DNA of 57,729 bases, filler included, from Sphacelaria rigidula (Eukaryota): assembly GCA_964200075.2 (NCBI GenBank). It is 9 parts of 9 records of this genome, joined end to end, with 100 filler letters (N's around TTAATTAATTAA, not from the genome) between each part and the next. Parts side by side here need not be neighbours in the genome. Positions count along the whole stretch, not along the records: positions 6,427 to 12,752 come from CAXNAA020020767.1; positions 12,853 to 19,178 come from CAXNAA020020768.1; positions 19,279 to 25,604 come from CAXNAA020020769.1; 6 more parts are not named here. One strand, 5' to 3'. Positions 11,671 to 25,049 of the stretch are shown here, in pieces (position 1 is the stretch's first letter; each line of letters starts with the position of its first letter). The notes beneath the pieces were generated by a model, which did no database searches, was not told the DNA's origin, and saw only the letters and a program-made list of their open reading frames with translations. Position numbers and translations under genes: made by a program.

Positions 11671-12007
11671 ACGGCGTATTCACTAATTGGCCGCTTTTCC
11701 CTCTCAATCACACCTTCAACTCTCAATTTCACGAAAACGTTGTTTCTTCGGGACTTCGCCCCTGGAAATGGATTTTGATTAAATATCCGATCAATAACAA
11801 AGACTAATGATCAACACTCACGTTCCAAAATTCATTCATCCGCAATTACTCGCGCGGATTCTTGGAGTTAGACTGAAAAGATGCACACGTACACTACGGA
11901 AAATTATGAAACTTTCGAAGAACTTTTTTTTCACCCGTGATCGGGGGTCCCACGATTTCGGGGGATTGGGAGGATCACATGCTCATCTGGAATCCCCGAT
12001 AACTAGC

Positions 12008-12053
<46 letters not shown>

Positions 12054-15000
12054 CTCCGTCCTCCGAAAGTAGCGGTGCTTTCATGGATACGGGTCGAATC
12101 ATACAGCACATACCCTAATTTGAAGTAATTTTTTCTTCACCACCAGTGCCTCTACATTATATTACGTATTATATGACGCCTCTCATATTTTTTGCCCCTG
12201 TATGTGGGCCCTGCTGTATGTCTTTTCATCACCAGTGCCACTGCCGTGTTTTTACTGCAATACTACATACAGTACACATCATACGAAAAGAACACACAAA
12301 GAAGAAATAATCATCCAGCAGGTAGTGCCGTCCGGCCACGGAGGGCATCGGTCATGATCGGATAATTTCCATAGTTGATCAGATAGATCTCTCCTGGAAA
12401 AAATGTGACCCTATATGATGAGAAATATTGGAAGAATTACGGGCACGAAATCCCTTCCTCTCGTGATCCCTTGACCGCCAGGGTGGGTCGTGTGGGTCCT
12501 ACACTCAACAAAGTTTTTGTGATATTGATAGTAGAGCGCAGATTGAGAGTGGCTTGGGTCATTCGCTTTAACTTGGTCATTTTTTCATTCCGTGTGTGTT
12601 TTTCTTCACCTCTATCACTGGTATGTGCTTACAGCTACACGTCCACCATGTCGTACTCAGGGATATCAAGTGCCTCAGTGGCAAGCTACTACAAACAGCC
12701 GATCATCTATGTTGAGGATGGTGCTCTTCATTGAGGATGAGAACCCGGAGGANNNNNNNNNNNNNNNNNNNNNNNNNNNNNNNNNNNNNNNNNNNNTTAA
12801 TTAATTAANNNNNNNNNNNNNNNNNNNNNNNNNNNNNNNNNNNNNNNNNNNNAATCGTTAGGAGCCCCTGAACCAGACGAAATTTCGCGAAAAAAGTGCA
12901 CCCTTACCGTAGCATTGTTCTAAGCAAAAATGTACTTCGTATAGTGTGGGTCGATTGCAATTGTTGTCGGCTGACGATAGGTGCAATATATCCATACTTT
13001 ACGAAGTACGTTTTTTAGCTATTGCTACTGTTGACCATATATTGCAAGGGTCGGATAAAATTAATGATTCGTCTGGGAATTTCTCGATTTTAGTGTAATT
13101 GATATCGTACCGCACGAATCATTCCTTAGGCGTTGTTTTCAGCGTTGCAGCCCAGGTGCGCGCACCCCCAGGCACGCGGAGTGGCGCAAACATTGCGTGA
13201 CGACCTTTTCGATCAGCGGTTGATATTTTTCTCTATTTCGAGCAACTAGGCCTATGAAATCGTGGATTTAGTGATTCGAACCAGCGACGATTCGTCCGAA
13301 CTGTGACATGTTGTCCAGGGTGTGAAATATTCCAAGGTTATTTTATACAATATGGGGTGTACCCGGAAGTGGAGGATTTTGGTCGGCACACCGAGAGAGC
13401 CATACCGGAATGTGTACAGAATATTACGGTATGGTTCGGCAGGGTATCGAACATTCCGGTATGGTTCGAAAGGATGTCTATCTAGAAAATAGTGTACCTC
13501 TTTTTGTACGTCTGAAAGTGCCCGATTTCTAGCCGGTATAACCGACAGAACACAACAGTAATATTGAATCAATGATCTTTGCCTCGCTTGAGAATACTTG
13601 GCTTCCTGCCGGTGAGTACTGGTGGCCGTAACTGCTCTCACGCTTCTCAGTGAAGCTGATGTGGTCGACATTTCGATGACGCTGGGCCCTCAGTCAAGGA
13701 TCTACAGTCAGACACCGAAGACGCTTCCAGCAAAATGCACGCTCTGAGAAGACTGCTGTCCCACGAAAAGACTCGCCAGCGCAGGCACTGTGACGATGCC
13801 TTAATTTTAGAATCTGAGAGCGTGTTATGTAATGTGGAGCGAACAAACTTTGGTAGTTCTGTGGTCCGTGTAAGACATTTTTTCCCCTTTCTGTTTTTTT
13901 TCTGCCGAAACTGTAAAAATTAAAAAGGAAGTGAAGTGTTGAACAACAACAGTCGTATGGGGGGCGCGAGCTACCTCGGTAGCCGCGGTGTTTTTGGGGG
14001 GATGGGAAAAGAATGCAACATTTGTTGGGGCCGAAATTACCCCGAAATTTCCCCGAAGTGGCAAACTTTACCCGTGTTGGGTAGCCCCGCCCTTTTGGGT
14101 GACCTGTTCCTTGCTCGTGGCATCTTATGAGCCCAGCAGGATGTGTGGTTGACCACTCGCAGCAGCACTGATTTGTGTGTGCGTGTACTCATGGGAGGGA
14201 GGAGGTGTTCCACTGAGGAGGAGAAAAAAAAAAGTGCGCGATATCTCGTACATATTTCGTTTTTCCTGGGAAAAACAAAAATAGTGATCCCGGGGTGGGT
14301 ACTCACGAGAGGAAGCGTGTGTCGCACTCTATGCTGAAATCAATAGGTTGATTGTCGCACCAAAAACGCGAACAAAATTGCCTTCCTGATCCGTCTGTTT
14401 TCCAGCAAATTTCGTCAACTTCTGATTTTCCAGACAAAAAACGAAAGATCCTCGGGCAAATACCAAGCGCTGTTCAAATCCGGGGTCAACCGCCCCCCGA
14501 AACAAAACAAAACAGTACGTACACGCCCCGGGGAACAGCGAACGATTTTGTTTTTGTTCGGATTTTTTGTTTTAAAAGATGAAGAATAACAAGAACAAAA
14601 ACCCAGATGTCTCCGCCTCGAGACAGGGTTATTAGCGGTGTTTTTGAACTCTGGAACAACCATCCCCACCCCGAGAAAAGTGTCGCTATGTGGTGTACAA
14701 CAGACCATACGTGGGGAGAGAGAGAGCCTCTCGTTGGAGACCAGACTACTAGCAAGATCTTGAGTCGTGAGGAATGATCTCTCGTGGATGTCGTCTCGGG
14801 CACCGGAATCACGGATTTCCTTGTACGTCAGGATGGCGCCCCCTTCAAAAGCACGGGTCCCTTGCAGTCGGGTGTTTGCTGTCTCGCTTTTTCTGTTTCA
14901 CCTGAAATAGAGGTCTTCCTGCTTGCACGTCCAGCAAAGTCAACCCGTTTGCCGTACGAATGGTTGATTACTTGGCTGTGATACTTAAGAGCGATATTCG

Positions 15001-15329
15001 GATCTTCAGAGGGGATGGCAGTCCCAAGTGCTCGTCGCTTGCCCAGTAGTATGCGTTCTCGTGCACACCGGCGCCGCAGGCTCCGAATTTCGGTCTGCCA
15101 ACGCGCACTTTGCCTGGAGCACCCTCTGCATCCCCCCGTGCCCGAGGATTCTTCTATGCCCGGGCTGGGGTCAGGGTCAGGGTCAGCGTTAGTTCAGAAT
15201 CGTAAGTTTCTTTCTGTCAATCACTTTTACGAGCAATGGTGTAAACACGACTCTGCAATTATTATGTCCCTTCACCGAATTCTGTTTTGTGCTCATTTGT
15301 TTACCCGCCGCTTGTGCGAAACGAAACAG

Positions 15330-15773
15330 GACGCCCTCGACCGTGCCAACGGTGTAATGGGCACGAGCCTCACGCGCGACGATGTACAAGTCAGGGTGGT
15401 TCGCGACGTGGCACCGAAAAAGCCGATGCTGTGTCTTTCGTTTCGGGCCCCAGACGCCACAACAGCACCGCTAACGTCGACGTCGTCAGGGGCAGCAGCA
15501 GGAGCAGTTACAGCAGCAGCAGCAGCAGCACCGACAAGTTCGTCGACTGGAATAGCGACAGCAGCAGCACCTACCACTATACCCTCAACAACGACGGGGT
15601 CATCATCTACAGCCACAACATCAACACCATCAGCGGCAACAATACAAACAGCAGCGGCAGCAGCAACAACACCACCAATGACAGCGGTAGGGCTAGAGGT
15701 CGCGACAGCTGTTGCCGGGGCGGATAGGGGGGATGTTCCCAAGAGGCAGAAAACGGAGGCCGCGAGTTCTTGA
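15330..15773 (+). CDS. TRM5: tRNA (guanine-37-N1)-methyltransferase TRM5, terminal exon
   Basis: Acceptor gaaacag|. VQVRVVRDVAPKKPMLCLSFRAP matches the TRM5/Met-10+ C-terminal V..VR.VAP.K.M.C..F..P motif. It is followed by a Ser/Thr/Ala-rich tail, PKRQK and TGA. Upstream exons were not found in the scaffold. Confidence 0.8.
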   Translation, partial: DALDRANGVMGTSLTRDDVQVRVVRDVAPKKPMLCLSFRAPDATTAPLTSTSSGAAAGAVTAAAAAAPTSSSTGIATAAAPTTIPSTTTGSSSTATTSTPSAATIQTAAAAATTPPMTAVGLEVATAVAGADRGDVPKRQKTEAASS

Positions 15774-16776
15774 TTTTTGGAGGAGATTTTCATTTGGTTT
15801 TTCTTGCTCCCTGCCCGGCGCTGTTATTGTTGCGGGTTGATTTCGGCTCATTGTTGGTTGGTTGTTGGAGAAGCTCGTGAAGAAGCCCATTCTTATTTTT
15901 TCTTCAATCAATCAGGAAGGTGCGTGCCACGTTTTGTTTTTGCTTTCCTTATCTAAAGGGCTACAGTAGATGGCGTGACACGTATTGTGTTTCGTCTGGA
16001 TGGATGGCGGTTTACCGATATTTTGTCAGGTGTGGTGGCCGGTGCGGATAAAGTCTCAGTCGATGAGGAATTCTGGGCAATCAATCGTTAGCTGCATGCA
16101 GTAGAATATTTTCGAATATGAGTTGGTGTTCGAAGCGGTCGTGTTTTTTTGTTTGAAGCAACAACGTCAGCTATGTTTCCCCGTGCCGCTATTCTATTAT
16201 TTTCTGTACAGCGCAGAGGTTTTCTTCATTCGATTTGTTTGGTCAGCACCGATCAAGTACAACTTTCGGAATAATACAGTAACGCGGGTAGCGGGGGGCT
16301 TTGCGCATTCTTCCCGGCACAGTGCGTCGGTTGAACGAATACTTTGCGCTGATACTGACGGTATTTACTGGTCATCCTTGGGGGGTATTCATTGTGTTCA
16401 GGGTGCTCGTATTTTGTATTGCCACCTGCCGGAACTTCATGTGTTCAAGAACTGAAGATTGTAGTATTTCGGTCACCGTTTGAGACCGAAAAAAAAGAAT
16501 TGCCAGGCGACCTGCACGTACGCGTTGTTTATACATGGGTATATGCAGCTTCTGAAGGAGTGTATATTCCTTGCGTGAGATAATAGCGTCTATTTGAACG
16601 GCTTCAACTTTGGAGACTCCAAAACAAGCAAAATCGAACGATAAGAGAGAGGTCTTCAAAAGAACAGCAGAAGAAAAATAGCCTCCCGCTCAAGCCGGTC
16701 GGGGTGTGCTGAGGTGAAAAGAAACAGATCTGCCACAGTAGAGTACAGGAACTCGACAGACGTAGTATTAACCCTC

Positions 16777-16945
16777 CACACCCTGGACAATATATGGTCG
16801 ATAGATCCAATAGACGAGAAGTGTACTGCATAAAGTGTAGGCCTATTGCAACTATTGTCGGCCGACAATAGTCGCGATAGACCTATACTTGCTGCAGTAC
16901 GTTTTTTGTCTGGTGCAACTATTGAGCATATATTGTCAAGGTGTG
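16777..16945. mobile_element. Fold-back MITE with an 8-bp target-site duplication (hAT-like)
   Basis: Ends CACACCCTGGACAATATATG...CATATATTGTCAAGGTGTG; perfect TSD TAACCCTC at 16769-16776 and 16946-16953; near-palindromic along its whole length. Confidence 0.9.
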
Positions 16946-19900
16946 TAACCCTCCCAGCCCGTCCGTGGGCCAGGCGCCTCATTATTTCAAGCCCCCGAGA
17001 AAGAAGATAAGATGAGGACATGAAAAAACAACGGCAACCACTTTTACGGCGGAAGGTCACGGAAGAGCCCATGAACATACGTCATAGGCGCACCAGAAAT
17101 GTCACCCCGGTGCGGTCGGATGAGCTTTATCCAATGAGGAGGGGTAACGGATCAAGTGTGTTCAACTCTGAGGACACAGCCAAAATTAGTACTTCAGTGC
17201 CTGAACCCCACACGAACAAGAGTAGGCGTCATCCGTCGAGTTTTCATGTATTGAGTCCCGTGCTGCACTTGGCCACGTTTTCATATGGGTCTGAAAACAC
17301 GCCCGGAGCTAATAGTTTTCAGTGAAAGCTGTAAAAAACTCAAGTCGTTGTAAACAGCACCTCGAAATCCACACTTCTCCATCCTCAGTGCCAAAAGGGA
17401 CGAGTAAAAGAAGCAGTTTACCTCGGGAGAAGATATTGGATAACAGGGGAGTCAGACGACATGCCCAAGTACCCATGGAGCAAAGAGAGTCAATATTTTC
17501 AAGACGGCAGACGCACTAGCGAGCAGACGACGTAGTGGGCTACACATACATTTCGACGATCTTCAATGGGCACCGACGAAACTACAGAGGTAACACGGCG
17601 AAAGATTTCTGTGCATACTGATGTACTAATGATATAAAGTAACAGACAAGAAAACAGAAAAATAGGAACGGGATTTTTCCTCTTGGAAGCGGCAGAGGTC
17701 AAAGTTGTAGATGATATTGAATCTAGTACCCGCCAAAGGTTGCCTTCAAGGCGAGTTTGATGGGTACTACTATTAATATGGTTTAACATCATGATACTAT
17801 AATATACAACTTCGACCTCTGTTTGCTCCCATTCCAATTTCACAAAGTGAATTTGGTTTCTGCTACGGGTAAGAATTCGACTTACCAGTTTTTTGCGACT
17901 CCGTTTTTGCGGCAGGCTTCTTGCGACTTGATTTCTGCGACTTAATTTCTGCGACCCCATTCTTGTGACCTTTGTTTTGCTAGAGTTTTTCACTTTAAAC
18001 CCCCCATTGAGTTCGTTCTTGAGGGGAATAACTTCGACAAAAAATATCCAAACGCACCCTGCTCCAAGGGGCACCCGGACACACAGCAGTTGCTGCTGCC
18101 TACCTAGTACCATCCTCCAAATCGAAGTCTTGAGTGAGAACAGCGTTTGGTGCCCATGTACAAGGATGATTGACATCTAGTATCATGCCCCAAAACTTAC
18201 CTGACAAGGGGGCAACATCCCCGTACAGACAGTAGCAACGCTAGAGGGTCCTACATCCTGACAGTCTGGCAGCCGGAAAGGTGGTTATGATAGTGCCCTC
18301 CTAGCGATATCAACTTACAGCGCCCTGTAGCAGAGTTTGCAGGTGAATATTTCGGTAATTGCCTCACCTGCAGTTTGCCCAGATGTTGCGGATTTTTTTC
18401 ACGAGATCACTGAGTAGCATTACATACATTTACAGTGGAGACGTACCAGACCCTGCATTATATATGAAAATGTACCCAAGCGTGGACAAATGATTTTGAC
18501 AGTCAGTACGAACGCGATGTTGAAAGTGTACTGAGCACAGTCAGTGTGTTGTGTGTGTTGTCGTCCCATCTATTCTGGACGCCGGTCTCCACCTTTCGGT
18601 ATATGTGGGCGCACCAGCCGCGGTTGTGTTACCATACAGCTTCGCCCAAGATACAGGCAGCCATAACAGCGGCGGAGGCGACCTTTCACTCCCGCGTGCG
18701 CCACCTGGGGCAAACGCACGCTGAAGCTGTAACGCGGATAGCTTGATAAAATGCGATGTAGCGATATAGCGCGTGGCGAGGGGTGATATCCTTTGTACAC
18801 GTTGCCGGTAGATACAAGCGGCTGCTTGATGATGTGGTGGACTGCATAGGACAACGCAATGCAGGACAGGGATAGGCTAAAGATGTGACGTCCTGCGGTA
18901 TGCTTTGTCATTCTGCACCCTGCCGCCGTGCAGTGAGTAGGTAGTACCGCCGAACGCGTCACGCTACGGTTGGTACGCAGTGTCGAACACAGCTATGGGT
19001 GCGCCTGACCCCCCAAAATGGGCGAAAAAAGTGTCGCCGACCAAAATCACGAAAATACACGATTAGATCGACTTCTGGGATTTATCCAGGCTCGTGGGGG
19101 GTAAAATGTGTGATATGATGTGACTGCAGGACGTAGCCGTGATGTTGGACAAAAGAGGCATTGAATGATGTGACATTTNNNNNNNNNNNNNNNNNNNNNN
19201 NNNNNNNNNNNNNNNNNNNNNNTTAATTAATTAANNNNNNNNNNNNNNNNNNNNNNNNNNNNNNNNNNNNNNNNNNNNGGTTTTCGCCGGACCAGGCTCG
19301 CACTCAATCACCAAGCGCGAAGCGCCGTGGTGTTATCGGCGAGTTTAGGCGAGGTTAGGGTGAGGGGGGGAAGCCAACGAACTCGGACACCTTACGCCGC
19401 GTCATCACACTAGTACGGTGCACGCTACGATTGTGAGAGCTTGGACTTCCGCTGGGTCTGACAGTGCCGCTGTGTGTGGGCGTGTACGTATCCTTGCTGG
19501 TTGGGTTGACCACACCGTTCGCTACTACAGGGTAAGATTCAGGTACAGTACGAGAGTAGTGGAACGGAAAACCGGGGTTCAAACCACAAGTCTCGTGGGG
19601 AAGGGGGTTGATGAAGTGAGTCATGGTGGAGTATGACTTTTCGTGAAAGAAGCCGGCATGCATAATGTGTAAAACGATTGTATCCAACCGCATCAATCAA
19701 TTTATTTCTGTGAAACGAAAACTGACGTTCATTTTTGGGCTTGCGGTGTTGAGGTAAGCCACATACTGTAGCAAGTGAGGACTGAAAAGGAGAATCAGGC
19801 TGCTTGTCACGCCCTGTAACAGGTGGCCGTGTCGACCGTTCATGAGTGGTAGTGATATGAAGTATTTTGTCGTCGATCATCCCGCCGTGCTCTTTTGGTC

Positions 19901-20817
19901 AAATGGTATAACGTCATCCCCAAATCGGAAAAAAAAAGGTTCGACTATGGGCAGATGCGGATAGATTTTTCACGCATGAAGGTATCTGGATTTCCGTCGA
20001 TGATCACGTGAGAACGTGGGTTGCAACAAAGATTTTATTTGACTAGACTCCACAGGGTGCCGAAGTGAGTGCGGCTCCAACCCGCGAACCAAAATGTCGG
20101 GCGCGTAGCGGGGGAGAGATGGGTTAATCCTTTGAAACTACGGACCCGTCTCGAGGAAGGGTAGGCGTTCGAAGTGCGCCATAATAACAGAATCGAGCAA
20201 TGTCATCGTGAAAAAACACCACCTACCCTTGCGTTCCGCACAACACAACCGGGGTGACGAGTCATTTCGATTGACTTGATAGAACACACAAGATAATGAC
20301 AGCACCAAGTAGCGCAAACATAAAATTGATTTCGAGCACACTTTCGAGTGACAGTCGGGGTTGTGTGTATTGTCGGGGACCATCATCTGACCTCTGGATT
20401 ATGACTGACAATCATTGACGATCTACTACAAGGGAAAAACGGACACGATACCCTTGGACCGAGGACATTCAATACAGGCACTACGTACACTTCGAACACG
20501 CCTCGACAGGGTAGATGGTGTCAATGCAAATACCTTGAGCTCACACAAAAAAGCTTCCAGCATTTTTCTTTCACATGCGAGTCGCACAGCATGTATGATG
20601 CTCAACTCAAGCATAAAACAATTTCGGAATATCTTCTAGGTAAAACAACTAAAAACTACTGGATATATATATATATATATATACACATCTGTTACAGCAA
20701 ACGGGGGACAACCCACAATGTGCGTGCTGTAACCATTTCGCACTCAACTCCATATCAAAGAATACCAACAGAAATCGTCCTAAAATTCGCCGATGGAGGT
20801 TAACAAAAATGACTCAC

Positions 20818-21085
20818 CTCCATATCTAGAGAAAAGCACTTATCCGTCCCAGAGGCTTCTTCGTAGAATATCCTCAGTGCGTTATCTCCCGCTGCTGTCG
20901 CCAGGCAAGCTCCGCCCGCTCCTCCCCCTTGCCCTCCCGCCGCCGATGACTTATCACCCCCTGCTGCCCGCACTGCTGCAGCACTGGCGGCGGCTGCATC
21001 CGCCGCCGTTGGTGACCAAGCAACGCTGTAAATCGTGCCCTTGTGGTCGTTCGATAGGGTAGCCTCCACTCGCCATTTTCCGTGC
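20818..21085 (-). CDS. CIA1: CIA1/CIAO1, next exon
   Basis: aatcag| phase-compatible with the previous exon (cg+g = Arg). HGKWRVEATLSNDHKGTIYSVAWS...LATAAGDNALRIFYEE...FSLDME |gtgagt. Last exon not found in the scaffold. Confidence 0.92.
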
Positions 21086-21699
21086 CTGATTTTTTTGTTG
21101 AAGATTTGTTCAGTGAAGCGAGGGGTGGGGACAAGGGCGTGGGGATTGAAATATTGAAGCCGTTTCAAGGATCACTGCAGCGTGCCGAGAAGTCAAGTAA
21201 TCGTGTATTTCTGAATGATGACCGACGACAAGAACACTCGCACACATACATATACTTCGAAGTGGGTCTATATTGTAGGGGAGACAAAGGTGGGAGGCCG
21301 AGGGGGAGATACAATTCAACTGCGGTGCTGTGCTGTTCAAGTCGCATACCAGATAAGTGTGAACGTGAAATTTCGGGAACCAAAGGCAGATTCTGGCTCG
21401 CTGATCGGCACGACACCTGTCGCGACAGTTGGAATGAAAAGCGCTTCGAAAAACGCGAACAACAGCTCCGAGAGAAGGAAATGCAACGCAGCACTCTTAG
21501 AGATGCGAATCGCTCACGAAACATATAGGAAATATTCCGCCAAAAGTGTCCCGGCTCTGATGGACAAATCAAGCCAGCCAATCAGAAACGAAGGATCCGT
21601 CCGGCCGGTTCCAAGAGAACCCCGGAAGGCTTTCTGCGAAGATCACACACACTACCGCAGGTGCATTGCTCATGGGCGTACTGATTACTAATTCTTGAT

Positions 21700-22620
21700 T
21701 ATTCCGATGCAGATGCCCACCCTGAGGGTGACTATAGACAAAGCCGAATGAAAACAGAGAGTACAACAATAGTAGTACAATGCAGTACAAAAGCTGTGTG
21801 GCACAGTACAGTGCGGTATTGTCGTACATTTCCCCCCGCTGCTTTCCTTCCCTTCTTCAATGGGCACCATGAATGATCAGACTACACGAAACCTGTGAAA
21901 GGCATTGAATCTGTGAGCCTCTGCGGTGGGTCACGTGGGTCTTGCATCCATCTTTCAAGTCAAAATTATGCCGATGCACAACCGATTATTCTCCCTGAAG
22001 GTGGTGGTTTGTAGAAGGACAAAGGCGAACAAGGCTCAGTACAGTACAGGACAATGCAGTACGATGTAGAACAGCACAGCACAGTTCAGGATAGTGTTGA
22101 CTTTCCTCCTGCCCCCCCTCTTCGTTTCTTCCCATTGCTCCAATTATCTCTGGCTATCACCATGGACCAGATTACAAGAAACCTTTTGAGAGCGTGAACT
22201 CGTCCTGCCCCCAGCTCTGGAAGTGAACCCTTGGACCACCACGGTGGATAATCCAGGCCTTGCATCCATCTTTCAAGTCAAACTTATATGTCACTGTACA
22301 ACAGATGACTCGCCCTGAAGGTGGTTGAATATAGATGGGCAAGGCCCGAACAACAAGGCACAACAGCACAATACAGGGCAGTGCAGTACAGTCCAGTTCA
22401 GTAGAGTGTTGTCTCTCTCTCGCTCCGTGAGTCCCTTCTCATTGTTCCCAATATCAATGGATATCACCATGGACCAGATTACAAGAAACGTTTGGAGCGT
22501 GTAAACTCGTCCTGCCCCCAGCTATGTACGTCAACCCTTGGGCCTCTACGGTGGGCAATCTGGGTTCCGTTCATATTCGAGTCAAAATATGCCAATTCAG
22601 TATATGCGGCCACAACACTG
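21700..22620. repeat. Degenerate tandem repeat, unit of about 290-320 bp, about 3 copies, inside the CIA1 intron
   Basis: CACCATG..CAGA(T/C)TACA.GAAAC recurs at ~21865, ~22158 and ~22466; TGCATCCATCTTTCAAGTCAAA at ~21942 and ~22261; CCCTGA(A/G)GGTG at ~21720, ~21993 and ~22314. Confidence 0.8.
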
Positions 22621-23715
22621 AATCTTCATGGCATCGCACGGATGAAATACAGACGGCAGGCCGCATGTGGCGGTAGAGGTAGACTCTGCATAACCAAGAA
22701 ACACAAGAGCACAAGACAGTCACCATGGTGTTGTCAGTTCCAGTACATACCACGCTCTCTAACGTGGGTCCCCAGAGCGGCTGGATACACACGTGACAGC
22801 GTTGTGCTGTTCATATTCTCTCCGAGTGCATTACACACGGACATACTTTTACGCACCAAAAACATTTCCTCCGACTGAGACCTCTCCTCGTTTCTTGCCT
22901 CCCCCGCCCCGTCTGCGTGTTTTTTTTTTCATTTGCTCTCGTCGGGGACGGTGGTTTGTTGGGGAGAGTCCATCGATAGGTCGGCTGAATTAGAGACTAT
23001 CTTGTCGACCACGAGTGCGATTCGATCGCAGTTTTTTGCATTGTGTGGTTCAAATCACAATGCATGCTGAGATGACCTCGCTTCCCGGGAACGTCCCACG
23101 CTCGGCACACCAGACGGCAAAAAATATTATTTTTGCAGAGATTCAGTGAACGCCAGAAGAGTTGAGAAGAAAAGAAGTTACCTTGCAATGCGTGTCAGGC
23201 GTCAGGGCGTGTATGTGGCGCCCGAACAGGGAAGGCGTCGCTTGAACGCACGATTTTCTCGTTCTAGTGATGTAGTGTTTAATCAAGTGTATCCACATGG
23301 AAAAGAAGAAGCGAGGATGAGTTGTCTATGGTCGATGAAATTGCGTCGAGCAGCCTGACGAAATTCGGAGGTCAACACCCCCCGATTCGCATCCCTCACA
23401 GTGTACGAAGAGTGGAGATGCCATTGGTCATTCGACGAGTTATGCGCTGAAATTTTGACACGACATTTTGATCACCAATACGCGCAACTCCTATTAGTGG
23501 TGCAGAGGGAACACAAGAAAAAAAAGACAAGAAGTTAGAGCAAGTTGAAGTTTCAGCAAAAACAGGAAAAATGCTGAAAGTTTCTCAAAAATCGATAAAG
23601 ACGATGATAACGCTTCAACACATACAGGCACTCGCGTCAACGACATCCTGGTAAAGTTTCGGCCAAAAATACCTCGAATTGGGCTTTGCGTCGCACTTTC
23701 CGTGCGGCACGGCTG

Positions 23716-23790
23716 CGCCCATTTAATTCAAGTGATACAGGAGACTCCAATTTTGGAGGTCATGAGTTCGAATCCCGACAGATCCTTCAT
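23716..23790 (+). mobile_element. Degenerate tRNA-derived SINE head
   Basis: Box B AGTTCGAATCC at 23765-23775, preceded by GGTCATG as in the head at 45520-45625; degenerate box A TAATTCAAGTGA. Confidence 0.45.
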
Positions 23791-24869
23791 TTTTTCGTCC
23801 GTCATTAAGGTAATATATTATGCAGTACATGCTTTTCATCATTTTTCTTCATTAAGCGGCGGCGCCGTGTGTTACCGGGTTGGTCTGCACTTCATAGCGA
23901 TGTGCTCAAGTCGCGCTGATTAGGGAAACTCGAGAAGTTGTGGTGTGGGAAACGGGTGGAGACTTACTGCTGGCCCAGCTCGTACTTGAACTTGAAAAAA
24001 CATAGTAATTTTTTGGCGAGAAGCTGGACGCTCGGTCGTCAACGGCACTTTTTCTACTACTCATCACGTTTCGCCTTCGAAGCGACCAACAATTCGCCCT
24101 GGTATGATCTCGAAACAAAATGTTTTGCTTCGCGCCGTCTTGAGAAAAAAATATTTTCCGGTCTTTGTTGGCTCTCAATGCAAATTATGCCGTCAACACA
24201 CTCCATGGTATATGGAAAGTAGACATCAAGGTAGACGTCGTGAACGCTTTGCTGAACCTCATTTCGCAAGTACTGCTACACAATCAACGCATTGGCATTG
24301 TCCGATGTAAACAAACCTACTTCTGGTGAACAACTCTATATGTTTTCCAGACATATCGAATATTCAGCCATATATACGTATATATATATATATATCAATA
24401 CTCCATGAACCCGCCCTGAGAACAAAATGTATAACATGATGCTCAAGTTCTCCTCAGCTACAATTGAACAGCACAGAGACCACGCTTGCGAGTGACCTGA
24501 CCTGACAAATTCTGAGTCTCTTCGTTTGTGACAATCAATTGGTGTCGATTGTTTGCAATTTTCTTACGCGTGAAGCAGAAACACAAAGCATACAAGGGTC
24601 GGACCAATAACATATCTTCCACAAGTTACTTGCTCTCAGTGTCATTGGTTTGTGCCGTACGAATCAATCCTTGGGCTTCCTTTTCAGCCTTGCACCCCAG
24701 AAAACGAGCACCTCAGGCATGCGGAAAATTTGCGTAGAGACGCCTCTGACCCGGGATCATATGTTTTGTATAATTCAAATCAGGCCTTAAAAATCGTGGA
24801 TTTGGTGACTGAAACCAGCGATGGATCGTTCCATTCTTGAAAGCATCCAACAACTGCAGCACCACTTAC

Positions 24870-25049
24870 CGACTTTCGTCTTCGAAATGCCTCCATACAA
24901 CCAGAGATCGGTCCCCACCCACAGAGGCGAACCTTCGGCCCGTGCCTTCAGCAGCTATTGCCCAAACCGTGGAACAGTGTGCCGTGAGGGTATCCAGCTG
25001 AAACCAGTCGTCCAGATCTTCGGCCCAGACGCGAATGGTCTCGTCGTAA
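24870..25049 (-). CDS. CIA1: Cytosolic Fe-S cluster assembly WD40 protein CIA1/CIAO1, internal exon
   Basis: gggcag| (S)YDETIRVWAEDLDDWFQLDTLTAHCSTVWAIAAEGTGRRFASVGGDRSLVVW... |gtaagt; matches CIA1 SYD.TI..W.ED.DDW....TL..H.STVW. Confidence 0.92.

Noticed and set aside
15015..15329. 5' part of the 252-aa ORF as coding
   Set aside because: TRM5 similarity begins only after the acceptor at 15329; the upstream part is open-frame intron.
17499..18176. 225-aa minus-strand ORF
   Set aside because: No motif, AT-rich composition, internal short tandem repeats and no supporting splice structure.
18640..18746. Possible terminal exon AAITAAEATFHSRVRHLGQTHAEAVTRIA
   Set aside because: The acceptor is plausible, but there is no partner exon or recognisable family.
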